A stretch of 37,938 nucleotides of DNA from Kiritimatiellia bacterium (GCA_035450385.1 DAOTMQ010000002.1:1-37938), one strand, 5' to 3'; numbered from the stretch's first letter, positions 13,909 to 24,340 are shown. Numbers and translations are program-made. Notes: a model not told the origin generated them from the letters alone.

Positions 13909-16665
13909 ATGAGGCGGGTAGCAGTTTGCTGGACGATGTTGTGCGCGGTGGCGGTGGTGTCTGACGCACATGCGGCGAAGGGAGTGGGCGTGGATATTCC
14001 GTATCATTCAACCGTTCTGGAAAACGGTCTGACTGTCATCGTACATGAAGATCACAAGGCGCCTATCGTGGCCGTGAATGTCTGGTACCATGTGGGCTCC
14101 AAGGACGAACGTCCCGGACGCACCGGCTTCGCCCACCTCTTTGAACATCTGATGTTTAACGGCAGCGAGCACTTCAACGACGATTGGTTCAAGGCGATGG
14201 AGCGGGTCGGCGCCACCGGCATGAACGGCACCACGGGGCAGGATCGGACCAACTACTTTCAAGAGGTGCCGCGCGATGCGCTGGCCTTCGCGCTCTGGAT
14301 GGAGTCGGACCGCATGGGCCACCTGCTCGGCGCATTGACGCAGGAGCGGCTGGACGAGCAGCGCGGCGTGGTGCTGAATGAGAAACGCCAGGGCGACAAC
14401 CAGCCGTACCGCATCGCTTGGCGGTTGATCACGCAGAATACATGGCCCGCCGGCCACCCTTATTCGTGGGAGGTGATCGGTTCCGAAGAGGATCTGAAAG
14501 CCGCCACGCTTGAAGATACGCATGCGTGGTTCAAAGAGTTCTACGGCCCCGCGAATGCGGTGCTGGTGATTGCGGGTGATGTTGATACAAACGAGGCGGT
14601 GGAACTGGCGCGACGCGCGTTCGGCGACATTCCGCCGGGGCCGCCGGTGCAGCGTCACAAGGCGTATGTAGCGAAGCGGAGCGGCACGCAGCGCATGACT
14701 GCGCAGGATCGCGTGCCGCAGGCACGGCTCCACAAGGTTTGGAACATTCCGCCGTACGGCACGACCGAAGGCAATCTGCTCAGCGTAGCGGCGGGCGTTT
14801 TGGCGGACGGGAAAACATCGCGCCTCTACCGTCGTCTGGTTCACGATGAGCAACTGGCAACGGACGTAAATGCCTGGGCAGGCCTGAGTGAGATCGCGGG
14901 CCAGTTCATGATCATCGCCACCGTCCGTCCCGGCGTGCCGGTGGACGCGGTTGAACAGGCCATCGACGAAGAGGTGGCGCGCTTGCTTAAAGAGGGGCCG
15001 GAAGAGGATGAACTGCAGCGGATCAAAGCCGGCTTCGAGGCGGATTTCGTGCGCGGCTGCGAGCGGGTGGGCGGGTTCGGCGGCAAATCGGATGTGTTGG
15101 CGCGCAACGCTGTGCTGACCGGCGACCCGGCGTATTACAAGACGGTGTTGCGTGAAACGCTTGGCGCGACGCGTACGGCGGTGCGTGATACCGCGCGCGC
15201 TTGGTTGTCGGATGGCGCGTTCGTGCTCACCGTTGAGCCGTTCCCCGAGTATCGCGCATCGACCAACGGCATGGACCGCTCTGCCGTGCCGTTCCCGACA
15301 TTGAAGCCGCAACCGCAGTTGCCGGCGTTCCAGCGAGCGACACTCGCCAACGGGTTGCGTGTGGTGCTGGCCGAGCGACAGGAAACGCCGCTGGTTCAGA
15401 TGGCGTTGCTGGTGCCTTCTGGTTTCGCGGCGGATCGCGGCGGCGTGGCCGGCACGGCGAGTCTGGCGGCAGCGATGCTTGACGAGGGTACGCGGAGCCG
15501 CGACGCGCTGGCGCTCAGCGCAGAACTCGATGCGTTGGGGGCGCGTCTCAGTACGGGGTGCGGACCGGACACGATCACGGTGTCGCTCAATACGCTGACA
15601 CGCCATCTGGACAAGGCGGTCGAACTCTTTGCCGACGTGGTGGTGAATCCGACCTTTCCCGAGAGCGATTTCAAACGTCTGCAACAGCAACGGCTGGCGG
15701 CGATCCAACGTGAAAAAAGCGACCCTAACGGCGTGGCGTTGCGCGTGCTGCCGCGCTTGGTGTTCGGAGCGGGACATCCGTATGCCGCGCCGCTCAGCGG
15801 GAACGGCGATGAGGCGGGCGTGGCCGCGCTTACGCGCGACGACCTGCAACGCTTTTATGCGCGCTGGTTCCGTCCCGAGCAGGCCACGTTGACGGTGGCC
15901 GGTGCGGTCACGCTCGAAGAGTTGCTGCCGATTCTGGAGCGCCGTTTCGGAAAGTGGCGGGCGGTGTCTAAAGATAGCGGCGCCCTGCCGTTTGAGGGGT
16001 TGGACGCATCGGCGCACGTCGCTAAGCGCACGTCGATCCTCTACGTGATCGACCGTCCTGACGCCGCGCAGTCGGTGATTGTGGCAGGATGCCCGGCGGC
16101 GGCGAAACGCGAGGCGGACGAGGCGGCTATTCAGGTGATGAATACGATTCTGGGCGGCTCCTTCACGAGCCGCATCAACATGAACCTGCGCGAGGATAAA
16201 CACTGGAGTTACGGGGCGCGCACGTCGCTGCTTGATATGAGGGGCGAGCGGGCTTTCCTGTGTTCGACGTCCGTGCAGGCCGACAAGACGTCGGAGGCGT
16301 TGCGCGAGTTGAAGCAGGAGGTGCTTGGGATGCAGACGGAGCGGCCACCGACATCCGCAGAGGTGGAGAAGGTGGTCACCGATCTCACGCTGCGATTGGG
16401 CGGACAGTGGGAAACGCTGAGTGCCGTTGGCGATGTGATGCAGCAGGTGGTTCGGCTTGGACTTTCTGAAAACTATTTTCGTGGGTACGCGGAGGCGCTG
16501 CGCGGCGTGACCGTGCCGGATGTCCGGGCGGCGGCAGCGCATGTGGCGCGTGCCGAGTCGCTGGTGTGGTTGGTGGTGGGCGACCGTACGCGGCTGTTGC
16601 CGGAACTTGAAGCGCTGGGATGGGGGCCGGTGACGGTGCTGGACGCCGAAATGAGTCAACCATGA
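13909..16665 (+). CDS. M16 (pitrilysin/insulinase) family zinc peptidase, fused double-length form, secreted
   Basis: Signal peptide MRRVAVCWTMLCAVAVVSDAHA. The HLFEHLMFNGS (HxxEH) zinc motif is in the first half. The second M16-like half lacks the motif. Confidence 0.85.
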   Translation: MRRVAVCWTMLCAVAVVSDAHAAKGVGVDIPYHSTVLENGLTVIVHEDHKAPIVAVNVWYHVGSKDERPGRTGFAHLFEHLMFNGSEHFNDDWFKAMERVGATGMNGTTGQDRTNYFQEVPRDALAFALWMESDRMGHLLGALTQERLDEQRGVVLNEKRQGDNQPYRIAWRLITQNTWPAGHPYSWEVIGSEEDLKAATLEDTHAWFKEFYGPANAVLVIAGDVDTNEAVELARRAFGDIPPGPPVQRHKAYVAKRSGTQRMTAQDRVPQARLHKVWNIPPYGTTEGNLLSVAAGVLADGKTSRLYRRLVHDEQLATDVNAWAGLSEIAGQFMIIATVRPGVPVDAVEQAIDEEVARLLKEGPEEDELQRIKAGFEADFVRGCERVGGFGGKSDVLARNAVLTGDPAYYKTVLRETLGATRTAVRDTARAWLSDGAFVLTVEPFPEYRASTNGMDRSAVPFPTLKPQPQLPAFQRATLANGLRVVLAERQETPLVQMALLVPSGFAADRGGVAGTASLAAAMLDEGTRSRDALALSAELDALGARLSTGCGPDTITVSLNTLTRHLDKAVELFADVVVNPTFPESDFKRLQQQRLAAIQREKSDPNGVALRVLPRLVFGAGHPYAAPLSGNGDEAGVAALTRDDLQRFYARWFRPEQATLTVAGAVTLEELLPILERRFGKWRAVSKDSGALPFEGLDASAHVAKRTSILYVIDRPDAAQSVIVAGCPAAAKREADEAAIQVMNTILGGSFTSRINMNLREDKHWSYGARTSLLDMRGERAFLCSTSVQADKTSEALRELKQEVLGMQTERPPTSAEVEKVVTDLTLRLGGQWETLSAVGDVMQQVVRLGLSENYFRGYAEALRGVTVPDVRAAAAHVARAESLVWLVVGDRTRLLPELEALGWGPVTVLDAEMSQP

Positions 16666-16702
16666 AACACATGAAACTTCATGAAATGTGGTGGTGTGCC
16701 CT

Positions 16703-17395
16703 ATGCGAACTCTGGTGATTGATCGTTCCTCTGGTCACCCCAGTATGGCGGTGTTTGAGGATAACGTGTGTGTGTGCGAAAAGGTATGGGACGGCGAGCC
16801 GTCTCGCGCCCCCGCATGGATGGCGGAACTTGCCGACGTGATCGCCGCGCACGGATGGAACGGCGCGTCCTTTGATGAGTTCGTGTGCGGGCTCGGCCCC
16901 GGATCGTTTTCGGGCATCCGCGCCTGCCTCGCCGCGTTGCAGGGATTGGCGCTGCCGGACGGCAAGCCGGTCTATGGGATCGCCAGCGCGGCGGCAGTGG
17001 CGTTGGGTCAGGCCGAAGGCGAGGAGCGCGTGACAGTGGTGGGCGACGCGCGACGCAACCGGCTTTGGTGCGTCACGTATGAGGTGCAGCCCGCCGCTGC
17101 ACAGGTGCGCATGCCGGGCGGTGGATTGCCGACGCATACGGCGGAAGATTTTCGGTTGGTGCCGTCCGAAGCGCTCGGAAGCGTGGTGCCGGATGCGGCG
17201 CGTATCGTGTCGCCGGATTGGGAGCGGCTGGCGTCGGTGTTGCGTGCGACGTTTGCGGAGGATCGGTTAGTGGCGCGCACGGTGTATCCTGTTGCGGCGG
17301 ATATGGGACGGCTGGCGCTGGCGATGCCGGCGAGCCGTGTGCGCGAGCCGTTGCCGATCTATCTGCATCCGGCGGTGGCCGCCGCAGTGGGGTGA
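16703..17395 (+). CDS. tsaB: tRNA threonylcarbamoyladenosine (t6A) biosynthesis protein TsaB
   Basis: MRTLVIDRSSG...GPGSFSGIRACLAALQGLAL is the YeaZ/TsaB signature. The first ATG is at 16703; the track start at 16688 is a GTG. Confidence 0.75.
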   Translation: MRTLVIDRSSGHPSMAVFEDNVCVCEKVWDGEPSRAPAWMAELADVIAAHGWNGASFDEFVCGLGPGSFSGIRACLAALQGLALPDGKPVYGIASAAAVALGQAEGEERVTVVGDARRNRLWCVTYEVQPAAAQVRMPGGGLPTHTAEDFRLVPSEALGSVVPDAARIVSPDWERLASVLRATFAEDRLVARTVYPVAADMGRLALAMPASRVREPLPIYLHPAVAAAVG

Positions 17396-17437
17396 TGGGA
17401 TGAGAAGTTGGTTGATGAGGCTCTTGCAAAAACCCTC

Positions 17438-17486
17438 GTGGCATGGGCGTCCCGCCCATGAAACACGGGCAAGATGCCCGTGCCAC
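17438..17486 (-). repeat. REP-like double-hairpin element, copy 3 (inverted orientation)
   Basis: GTGGCATGGGCGTCCCGCCCATGAAACACGGGCAAGATGCCCGTGCCAC is the exact reverse complement of the 8131 copy. It is preceded by the inverted flank GAGGCTCTTGCAAAAACCCTC. Confidence 0.8.
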
Positions 17487-17564
17487 ACCTGTTCCCGACT
17501 TGCCTTCCCTGTTTTCGCCAGAAACGAACGATCTTCGCACATCCCTGCCACTCGCCGATTGCGC

Positions 17565-19289
17565 ATGCGGACGGCATTAGTTGCTGTGTTTGTGGGGTGG
17601 TGCGCGTGTCTGGCGGCGTCTGGTGAGACTGTATACCGCCGCAGCATGGAGCGGGTGGCGAGCATGGATCCGGCCAATGCGGCGTCGATCTATGCGGCGC
17701 GTTCGTCGCAGCTCGTGTACGAGACGCTACTGGAGTACGACTACCGCGCGCGTCCGTACCGGTTGATTCCCGGCCTGGCGGCGGCACTGCCGGAGGTGCA
17801 GTCGAACGGATTGGTCTATGTGGTGCGGCTTGATCCTGAGGCGCGTTTTCAGCCGGACGCCTGCTTCGGGCTGGATGCGGACGGGCGCGCGCGGGGGCGG
17901 GCGGTCACGGCGGATGACGTGGTGTTTTCGTTGAAACGGCTGGGGGATCGGCGTGTGGCGTCGCCCGGCGAGTGGCTGGTGCTTGATACGATCCGTGGCA
18001 TGCGGGCGTTCGCGGAGGCGTCGATGAGCGGTACGGCCACGGATTACGCGCGTCCGGTGAGCGGGCTGGAGGCGCTCGACGCGCAGACGGTACGCATCAC
18101 GCTGACGCGGCCGGCGCATCAGTTTATCTGGTATCTCGCGATGTGCTTCACGGCGGTCGTGCCGCGCGAGGCGGTCGAGCAGTACGGTGCGGCGTTCGGC
18201 AGTCACGCGGTGGGCACAGGGCCGTACCGGCTGGCCGAGTGGCGGCGCAACCACCAGATGGTCTTTGCGCGTGATCCGGCGTGGCGCGGCTGGCGCAAGG
18301 GGCCTGCGGCGCTGGTGCCGGGGGCGGACGAGGTACCCTTTGACCGGGTGGTCTATTCGGTGGTCGATGATGTGTCAACGCAATGGCTCTGCTTTCTGGC
18401 CGGCGAGTTGGATTTTTTGGGTGAGGTCTCACGTGACAATTGGGATGTGGTGATCGACGGTGCGGGCGGTCTGATCGAGCCGCTGAAGCAACGCGGCATC
18501 ACGCTCTACTCCATGCCCACGCTTGAGGTCGCCTACATCGGCATCAACATGGAAGACCCCGTGCTGGGCTCAAACCGCGCGTTGCGCCAAGCACTCAACT
18601 GCGCGTTTGACAGCGCGGCGTGGGTGCGGTTTTTCAATCACCGCACGATCGTGTGCGACGGCCCCGTACCGCCGGGCACCGACGGGCGTTTGGAGACGCC
18701 GTTTCCGTATGCGTACGATCCGGAGCGCGCGCGGGCGCTGCTGCGCGAGGCGGGGTATCCAGACGGCATCGATCCGCAGACCGGCAAACGGTTGGAGTTG
18801 ACCGTGGACTTGGGACGGACCTCGCAGGACGCACGCGAGTCGACAGAGTTGCTGGCCTCGTTTTACGGGCGCGTGGGCATTTCGTTGAAGGCGCAATATC
18901 ACAACTGGCCCACGTTTCTGCGGCGCGTTTCCGAACGCCAGAGCCAGATGTTCCGCATCGGTTGGGTAGGGGACTATCCAGACGCGGAAAACTTCCTTCA
19001 GCTCTTTTACGGGCGCAATGTGTCGCCGGGGCCCAACCGCTGCAATTACGCTAATCCGCGTTTTGACCAGTTGTACGAGGCCGCTTGCGCGGCACAAGGC
19101 GAGGCAACACGCAACCGTTATTGGGCCGAGGCGCAAGAGCTGGTGCGCGAAGATTGCCCGTGGGTTTTTCTGCACTTCCAAAAGGCCTACAGCCTTAGCC
19201 ACGCCAGAGTACGGAACTATATGCCGTCCGATTTTCCGTACGGAACGGAAAAGTATCTGCGGACACCGGTAGCGGGCGATGGGCGTTGA
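17565..19289 (+). CDS. ABC-transporter family-5 (peptide/oligosaccharide/nickel type) substrate-binding protein
   Basis: Signal peptide MRTALVAVFVGWCACLAASG. ...SMDPANAASIYAARSSQLVYETLLEYDY and ...GWVGDYPDAENFL are typical SBP_bac_5 segments. No permease or ATPase genes are adjacent. Confidence 0.8.
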   Translation: MRTALVAVFVGWCACLAASGETVYRRSMERVASMDPANAASIYAARSSQLVYETLLEYDYRARPYRLIPGLAAALPEVQSNGLVYVVRLDPEARFQPDACFGLDADGRARGRAVTADDVVFSLKRLGDRRVASPGEWLVLDTIRGMRAFAEASMSGTATDYARPVSGLEALDAQTVRITLTRPAHQFIWYLAMCFTAVVPREAVEQYGAAFGSHAVGTGPYRLAEWRRNHQMVFARDPAWRGWRKGPAALVPGADEVPFDRVVYSVVDDVSTQWLCFLAGELDFLGEVSRDNWDVVIDGAGGLIEPLKQRGITLYSMPTLEVAYIGINMEDPVLGSNRALRQALNCAFDSAAWVRFFNHRTIVCDGPVPPGTDGRLETPFPYAYDPERARALLREAGYPDGIDPQTGKRLELTVDLGRTSQDARESTELLASFYGRVGISLKAQYHNWPTFLRRVSERQSQMFRIGWVGDYPDAENFLQLFYGRNVSPGPNRCNYANPRFDQLYEAACAAQGEATRNRYWAEAQELVREDCPWVFLHFQKAYSLSHARVRNYMPSDFPYGTEKYLRTPVAGDGR

Positions 19290-19324
19290 TTGATTTTTCA
19301 GTTGTATAAAAGAGGAGGAAAAAG

Positions 19325-22300
19325 ATGCGCGGAAAGTGGCTTGGATTAGCGGTAGGACTCGTGGGGGGCGTGTGTGCCGCATGGGCGGAGGTGCCGTTGC
19401 GTGATGACGCGCAAGGGACGCTATTCGGGACGGATCGTTTTGCGGTGCGGATTGATGCGCGGAACGGTTGGATAGCTGAAGTGCTGTGCGACGGCCAGCC
19501 GGTCGTGACAGCACCGGCGACTGCGCAAGCCTATGATATCCGCCAAGACGGGGCGTGGGTCACCGGCGGCGGTCAGGCGATTGAGCGGCTTGGCGTGGAG
19601 CGCGTGTCGTCCGACACGATCCGTTGTCGGACGCGAGCGGGCACGTGGACGGTTGACGCCTTTCTCCAGCTTGATCCGGAACGGCGCAGCGTGCGCCGCT
19701 GGTTCGATGTGACGTGGCATGGCGCGTCGGCCACGAAGATCAAGTCCTTCTGGATACGCGGTGGCGTGTTGCCGCTTGCGGAGGGCGGACGCTATCTGCT
19801 CCCCGCGCAGTATCCGCCGCGTAGCGTCGCGGCCGCTGAGTTGACGGCTGACCGCCGCACCGGCAGTTGGCGCAGTCCGTATGTGGTGATCGGCGAAAAT
19901 GGCCGCGGCTGGTCGGTGATGTGGGCGCTGGATGAATTACAACCCTATGCCGACCGCGGCAGTACAGGCGTGGAGGAGGGACGCGGCGAGATCCGTATTA
20001 CGCAATCTTTCAACATGCAGGGGCATGTACGCAACGGCGTGACGCAACGGGTTGGCGACTCATGGCTCTGGGTGCAGCCGAACGATGCAGAGACGGCGCT
20101 GCGACGTCTGCCCGAGTGGTTCGCCGCAGTCGGTCAGATGCCGCCGGAGGGGCGACCGGAGTGGCTCAAGCGCGTGATTCTCTACTCGTTTCATCCGGGT
20201 GGCACGATCGGCTCGAACTGCCGCGATCTCGGTGGCTTTCCTGCTGCCACTGCCCTGCTGCCGCATATCGACGGCTTGGGCTGCAATGCGATCTGGCTGA
20301 TGCCGCTTGAGGATAAATCGATCTACTGGCCGCGTGACTACTACAAGTTGCAAGAGGGGATTGGCACGCCCGATGACTTCAAGGCGTTCACGGCGCGTGC
20401 CCGTTCGCTTGGGATGCGCGTCTGGCAGGATTGCGTACCACACGGCGGTTGCAATGAGTATCCGCGCGCCAAAGAGCATCCTGAGTGGTTGGCGCAGAAC
20501 GAGGACGGCTCGACGCTCCACTACTGGTGCTTTGATTTCAACTGGCCGACTTGGGTCGACTACATGCGCGGCGTGGTCTCCTTTTACATGCGTGAATACG
20601 GATTGGACGGATTCCGCATCGACGCATGCGGCGGTAGCAAAATCCCGAACTGGAATCCAGACATCCCGTATGCACGGGCCAGCCACGCACAGGCGCAGGG
20701 GGGATTCGCCATGCAGCGCGCCTTGCGCGAGGAGGTACGCAAGGTCAAGCCGGATGGCGCGAATCTGGCCGAGGTCGGCGCGAGCGTGCATGGTGCGGTC
20801 AGCGACTCCACCTACGATTTTGAACTCTGCTACCATGTGCTGCATGATTTCCGGCGCTCTCCGGCCGATGTGTTTGTGCCGCGTCTGCGCCGCTGGCTGC
20901 ATGAACAGCAATACGCCGAGGTGCCGGACTTGGTGCGCATGCGTCATGTGGAGAGCCATGACAGCCTGCGCTCCGGTTTATGGTACGGCGCGGATGCGCA
21001 ACGTGCGCTGGTGGCGTTGATCAGTTGGATACACGGCATCCCAATGGTCTATCACGAGATGGAGGACGGCCATTATGAAGCGTACCGCCACATCTTTCAT
21101 GTGCGGCGGCATGTGCCGGAGTTGAACACAGGAACGGCGGACTATTTGAGTGTGACCGCGCCGGACGGTGTGTTCGCGTGTCTGCGGAGCGGGGAGCGGC
21201 CCGCACGCGCCGATGCGGCGTGGCACGAGGAGTATGCTTGGGACACGCGGCCGAGTGCTGCGGCGCGCGCGTCGGTGGTGCTGGTGAATCTGAACGGGAC
21301 TGTGGTGACAGGCAAGGTGTCGGTGCCGAAGGCGAGCTTGCCTGCAGCGTTGCAGGGTGCGGCATGGGCTCGGGATTTGATGAACGGCGAGCGCGTGGCT
21401 TTGCATGAGGGTGTCTGCGAGGTGTCGCTGTCGGCGTTCGGGTACACGGTTCTGCGGTTGGAGAGCGCGACGTTGCCGTCGTGTACGCCGGTGCCGGAGG
21501 AAGCGGTGTCAAAGCCCGCTGTTGCCGCGCGCGCGGACGGTGCGACACTGCGGGTCGGTCCGTTGGTGGCCGATGCCAAAACCGGATGGGCGCGTGCGTG
21601 GCGTACCGGATGGCGGCGTGAGACGTCGCTGAGCATGGACGTGGCGTTGCCGGCCGGTTGGGGCGCCAAGGCTGTGGCACCTGCCCGGTTGAACGCCGTG
21701 ACGGACGGCGTGGACGCCGAGTATGTGTGGCAGGGGAACACGCTGACGGTGCAGCAGCGTGAGGCGGATGACGGTGTAGAAATCAAGGCCGCGTGGCCGG
21801 ATGGCGCACCGGTCGATGCGGCGTTGGTGATCACGCTCGACGAGGCGCGCGCCTGGTATGCGGATACGGCAGAGGGACGTTTCGAGAGTCCGTTCCGTGT
21901 GCGGCATCCGGACATGACGATGCTGGGTACCGTCGGCTCGATTTACCGCTTGCCGCAGGGCGGTGCTGTGCTGTGGGACTCGCGTCGCCACCCCTTCGGC
22001 TTGGATGGTGTGCATGCCCGTGTAGGGGTCCGGTTGCCTGACGGGCGTGACCTTGCGTTGACCTTTGATCCTGCGCGGTTGCCGGCTTCGGTACGGTTGT
22101 TGGAGCGCGTGGGGGACCGGCACGGCTTGAATGTGGCCGTGGTGTGGCGCGGTGACGAGCATGGCGTGACGTCAGGCGTGGATGAGGTGCGTTTCCATAT
22201 CCGCTCCGCGCGCGAGCGTGAGGCGGTGTCGCCGGGCAGCGGCGATCCGCGCTTGATCGCGGTTGGCGGCGGTTGGCAGTTTGAAAACGCGCACTACCGC

Positions 22301-23539
22301 GCACGACTCAGTCGTGCCGGCACGCTGGTTGGGCTTTGGCGGCGTAACGGCGATGCGTGGCAGACGATCGTGCAGAAAGACGGCCTGTACACCGACAAAG
22401 GCTTCGCAGAGGACCGCAAGTACATCGCGCAGGAAAATGACGTGGAGGCTAGCGCGCGCATTGAGCCAGCGGGGGCGGACGGGATACGCCTGCGGGTCAC
22501 AGGCGAAATGCGGGGGTTCGGCCGGTTTGAGAAGTTGGGACATCCGGTGCGCTTCAACAGCGTCTTCACGCTGGGAGAAGGACCCGCGTTCCGCCGGTTC
22601 ACGGCATTTCAAAGTACTGCGGCTACAGGCCGTGCCTTTCTCTCGCAACGCACCGCCTTTGACGGGGCAGCGCGTGCAGTCTTCAGCGATGCGGCGGGCA
22701 CTATCTTGTCGCGTGACGCATACACTGCTAAAGCACGCACCTGCGAAACGGCGAAGGCGAAAGACCCGTCGCGATTGCCCACCGACATCCGTATCGCATG
22801 TGCGGACGGCGTCACAGTGCGCCTGGCGGATCTGAGATGGACCGGCGTGCGACCGGGCAATGTGTTCCTGCACGGCCAGGATCTGCATCTGGCTTGGCTG
22901 GACGGGGACACGGGCACGGCGGGGCCGAATGCTTGGCACGGGGTTTCGATGAGCGTCTCGTGTGAAGAGGATGCGGTCGCCACGCCGGATGATGCGGCGC
23001 AAAGCATTGCGGCGGTTGCCGCTCCAGTCGGTTTGGTGCGGGATGGCAGTTTCGATGGGTACGGTGCAATCGGCGGGGCGTTGCGGCTGGTGCGGTCGGG
23101 GCTCGACTGGCCGTCGGAGCGGGCTGCGGCGCAGGTGAGTTGGCGTCTGCCGGAGGGCGCTGAGATTGTGCGTGAAGGGGGCAATCCGTGTGCACGCGTC
23201 GATGGTGACGGAGCATCTTATCGGTTGATTCATCAGACGTTGGCGGCACGGGCGCTCACGCCGGGAACCACTTTGCGGCTCACCGCCCGCATGCGCGGCG
23301 AGGGGGTTCAGAAGGGGGACATCGAGTGGAAAACCGCCTGTCTGCGCTGGTGTGTGCAGACCAAGGGGCGTACGGATTATCAGACGGTTAGCTTGCCGGT
23401 GGGGGACAGCGCGTGGCGCGAATACAGTGTGACGGTCACGTTGCCGCAGCAGTTCAGCAGTGTGGCGATAGAGGCCGGTCTCAACGGTAACCGAGGCCGG
23501 GTCTGGATCGACGACGTACGGGTTACGGAAGAGAAATAA
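19325..23539 (+). CDS. Large secreted multidomain protein with a GH13 (alpha-amylase family) catalytic core and a C-terminal CBM4/9-like jelly-roll
   Basis: The start has the RBS AGAGGAGGA. GH13 regions: DCVPH (I), GFRIDA (II, Asp codon 20621-20623), NLAEV (III, Glu 20771-20773) and VESHD (IV, Asp 20960-20962). The last ~170 aa end in RVWIDDVRVTE. Confidence 0.75.
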   Translation: MRGKWLGLAVGLVGGVCAAWAEVPLRDDAQGTLFGTDRFAVRIDARNGWIAEVLCDGQPVVTAPATAQAYDIRQDGAWVTGGGQAIERLGVERVSSDTIRCRTRAGTWTVDAFLQLDPERRSVRRWFDVTWHGASATKIKSFWIRGGVLPLAEGGRYLLPAQYPPRSVAAAELTADRRTGSWRSPYVVIGENGRGWSVMWALDELQPYADRGSTGVEEGRGEIRITQSFNMQGHVRNGVTQRVGDSWLWVQPNDAETALRRLPEWFAAVGQMPPEGRPEWLKRVILYSFHPGGTIGSNCRDLGGFPAATALLPHIDGLGCNAIWLMPLEDKSIYWPRDYYKLQEGIGTPDDFKAFTARARSLGMRVWQDCVPHGGCNEYPRAKEHPEWLAQNEDGSTLHYWCFDFNWPTWVDYMRGVVSFYMREYGLDGFRIDACGGSKIPNWNPDIPYARASHAQAQGGFAMQRALREEVRKVKPDGANLAEVGASVHGAVSDSTYDFELCYHVLHDFRRSPADVFVPRLRRWLHEQQYAEVPDLVRMRHVESHDSLRSGLWYGADAQRALVALISWIHGIPMVYHEMEDGHYEAYRHIFHVRRHVPELNTGTADYLSVTAPDGVFACLRSGERPARADAAWHEEYAWDTRPSAAARASVVLVNLNGTVVTGKVSVPKASLPAALQGAAWARDLMNGERVALHEGVCEVSLSAFGYTVLRLESATLPSCTPVPEEAVSKPAVAARADGATLRVGPLVADAKTGWARAWRTGWRRETSLSMDVALPAGWGAKAVAPARLNAVTDGVDAEYVWQGNTLTVQQREADDGVEIKAAWPDGAPVDAALVITLDEARAWYADTAEGRFESPFRVRHPDMTMLGTVGSIYRLPQGGAVLWDSRRHPFGLDGVHARVGVRLPDGRDLALTFDPARLPASVRLLERVGDRHGLNVAVVWRGDEHGVTSGVDEVRFHIRSAREREAVSPGSGDPRLIAVGGGWQFENAHYRARLSRAGTLVGLWRRNGDAWQTIVQKDGLYTDKGFAEDRKYIAQENDVEASARIEPAGADGIRLRVTGEMRGFGRFEKLGHPVRFNSVFTLGEGPAFRRFTAFQSTAATGRAFLSQRTAFDGAARAVFSDAAGTILSRDAYTAKARTCETAKAKDPSRLPTDIRIACADGVTVRLADLRWTGVRPGNVFLHGQDLHLAWLDGDTGTAGPNAWHGVSMSVSCEEDAVATPDDAAQSIAAVAAPVGLVRDGSFDGYGAIGGALRLVRSGLDWPSERAAAQVSWRLPEGAEIVREGGNPCARVDGDGASYRLIHQTLAARALTPGTTLRLTARMRGEGVQKGDIEWKTACLRWCVQTKGRTDYQTVSLPVGDSAWREYSVTVTLPQQFSSVAIEAGLNGNRGRVWIDDVRVTEEK

Positions 23540-23540
23540 A

Positions 23541-23578
23541 ACAGCGAGGCCGACCCCGGATGGGATCGGCCTCGCTGT
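23541..23578 (-). terminator. Intrinsic terminator between the convergent GH13 and RRM genes
   Basis: 13-bp stem ACAGCGAGGCCGA/TCGGCCTCGCTGT. A T-tract (TTTTATTTC) follows it on the minus strand. Confidence 0.6.
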
Positions 23579-23601
23579 CAGATCAAATCATGCGGGTGAG
23601 A

Positions 23602-23976
23602 TTACCAGCGGGTCTCGCGGGATTCGCGACGCTCGCCACCACGTTCGCCGCCACGACCGCCGCCACCGCGACCGCCACGGAAGCCACCGCCACCGCCGCC
23701 ACCGAAACCGCCACCGCCGCGGCGTTCTTCGCGCGGCTTCGGCTGCGACTCATTCACGCGCAGCGGGCGACCGTCCAACTCCTGGCCGTTCAGGGCGTCG
23801 ATCGCCGCCTGGGCTTGGGCGCGGTCAGGCATCTCGACGAAGCCGAAACCCTTGGAGCGGCCCGTCATGCGGTCGGAAACGACGCGCGCGGAAGCAACCT
23901 CGCCGTATGCGGCAAACGCGTTCCGCAGGGACTCATCATTCGTCGAATAGGCAAGATTGCCAACATAGATGTCCAT
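23602..23976 (-). CDS. RRM-type RNA-binding protein with an Arg/Gly-rich (RGG) tail
   Basis: MDIYVGNLAYS (RNP-2) and KGFGFVEM (RNP-1). The tail is RRGGGGFGGGGGGGFRGGRGGGGRGGERGGE. Confidence 0.85.
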   Translation of the reverse strand: MDIYVGNLAYSTNDESLRNAFAAYGEVASARVVSDRMTGRSKGFGFVEMPDRAQAQAAIDALNGQELDGRPLRVNESQPKPREERRGGGGFGGGGGGGFRGGRGGGGRGGERGGERRESRETRW

Positions 23977-24340
23977 GTCTCTGTCCTTCTCTCTCTACTT
24001 CACTCATGCCATGTTTGTTCATTGTCCGGCGGAACCGGCTCCCATGGCCAAAACCGATCCCGTAGGCAACCTGCCTATCCTGCGCGGTTCACAGATGTAA
24101 ACCTACGGCAGTCCCAAATGTGGTCTCCGTTGGAATGCTGGAAGAGTCAGAAGGACGCGAGAACGCTGAACCGCACGAGAGAGGCTGGCGTCATGACGAA
24201 CCTAGGCTTTCTAGCCTCCACACTTCAAAAAGTCACCTGCCGCCCTGTTTCAGGCGTCTCCTCCGTCACAACGAACTGAGACCCGGAACCCTGCGCTCCG
24301 GGATGATGAAAAAATCAGCCGTCCTGCAATCAATGTCGTT

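Noticed and set aside
14008-16659. 883-aa ORF on the minus strand, spanning almost the whole M16 peptidase gene
   Set aside because: It is a mirror-frame ORF of a GC-rich gene. The translation is dominated by Arg/His/Gln/Pro with no recognisable motif. The plus-strand product has a signal peptide and the HxxEH motif.
17292-17564. Upstream extension of the solute-binding-protein ORF (track start at 17292)
   Set aside because: The extension overlaps tsaB and reads straight through the REP element (WHGRPAHETRARCPCH). The ATG at 17565 gives a proper signal peptide.
23560-24279. 239-aa plus-strand ORF with an ATATATEATATAATETATAA tract
   Set aside because: The tract is simply the complement of the RGG-tail codons of the RRM gene. 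The rest covers the RRM leader and has no coding signal.
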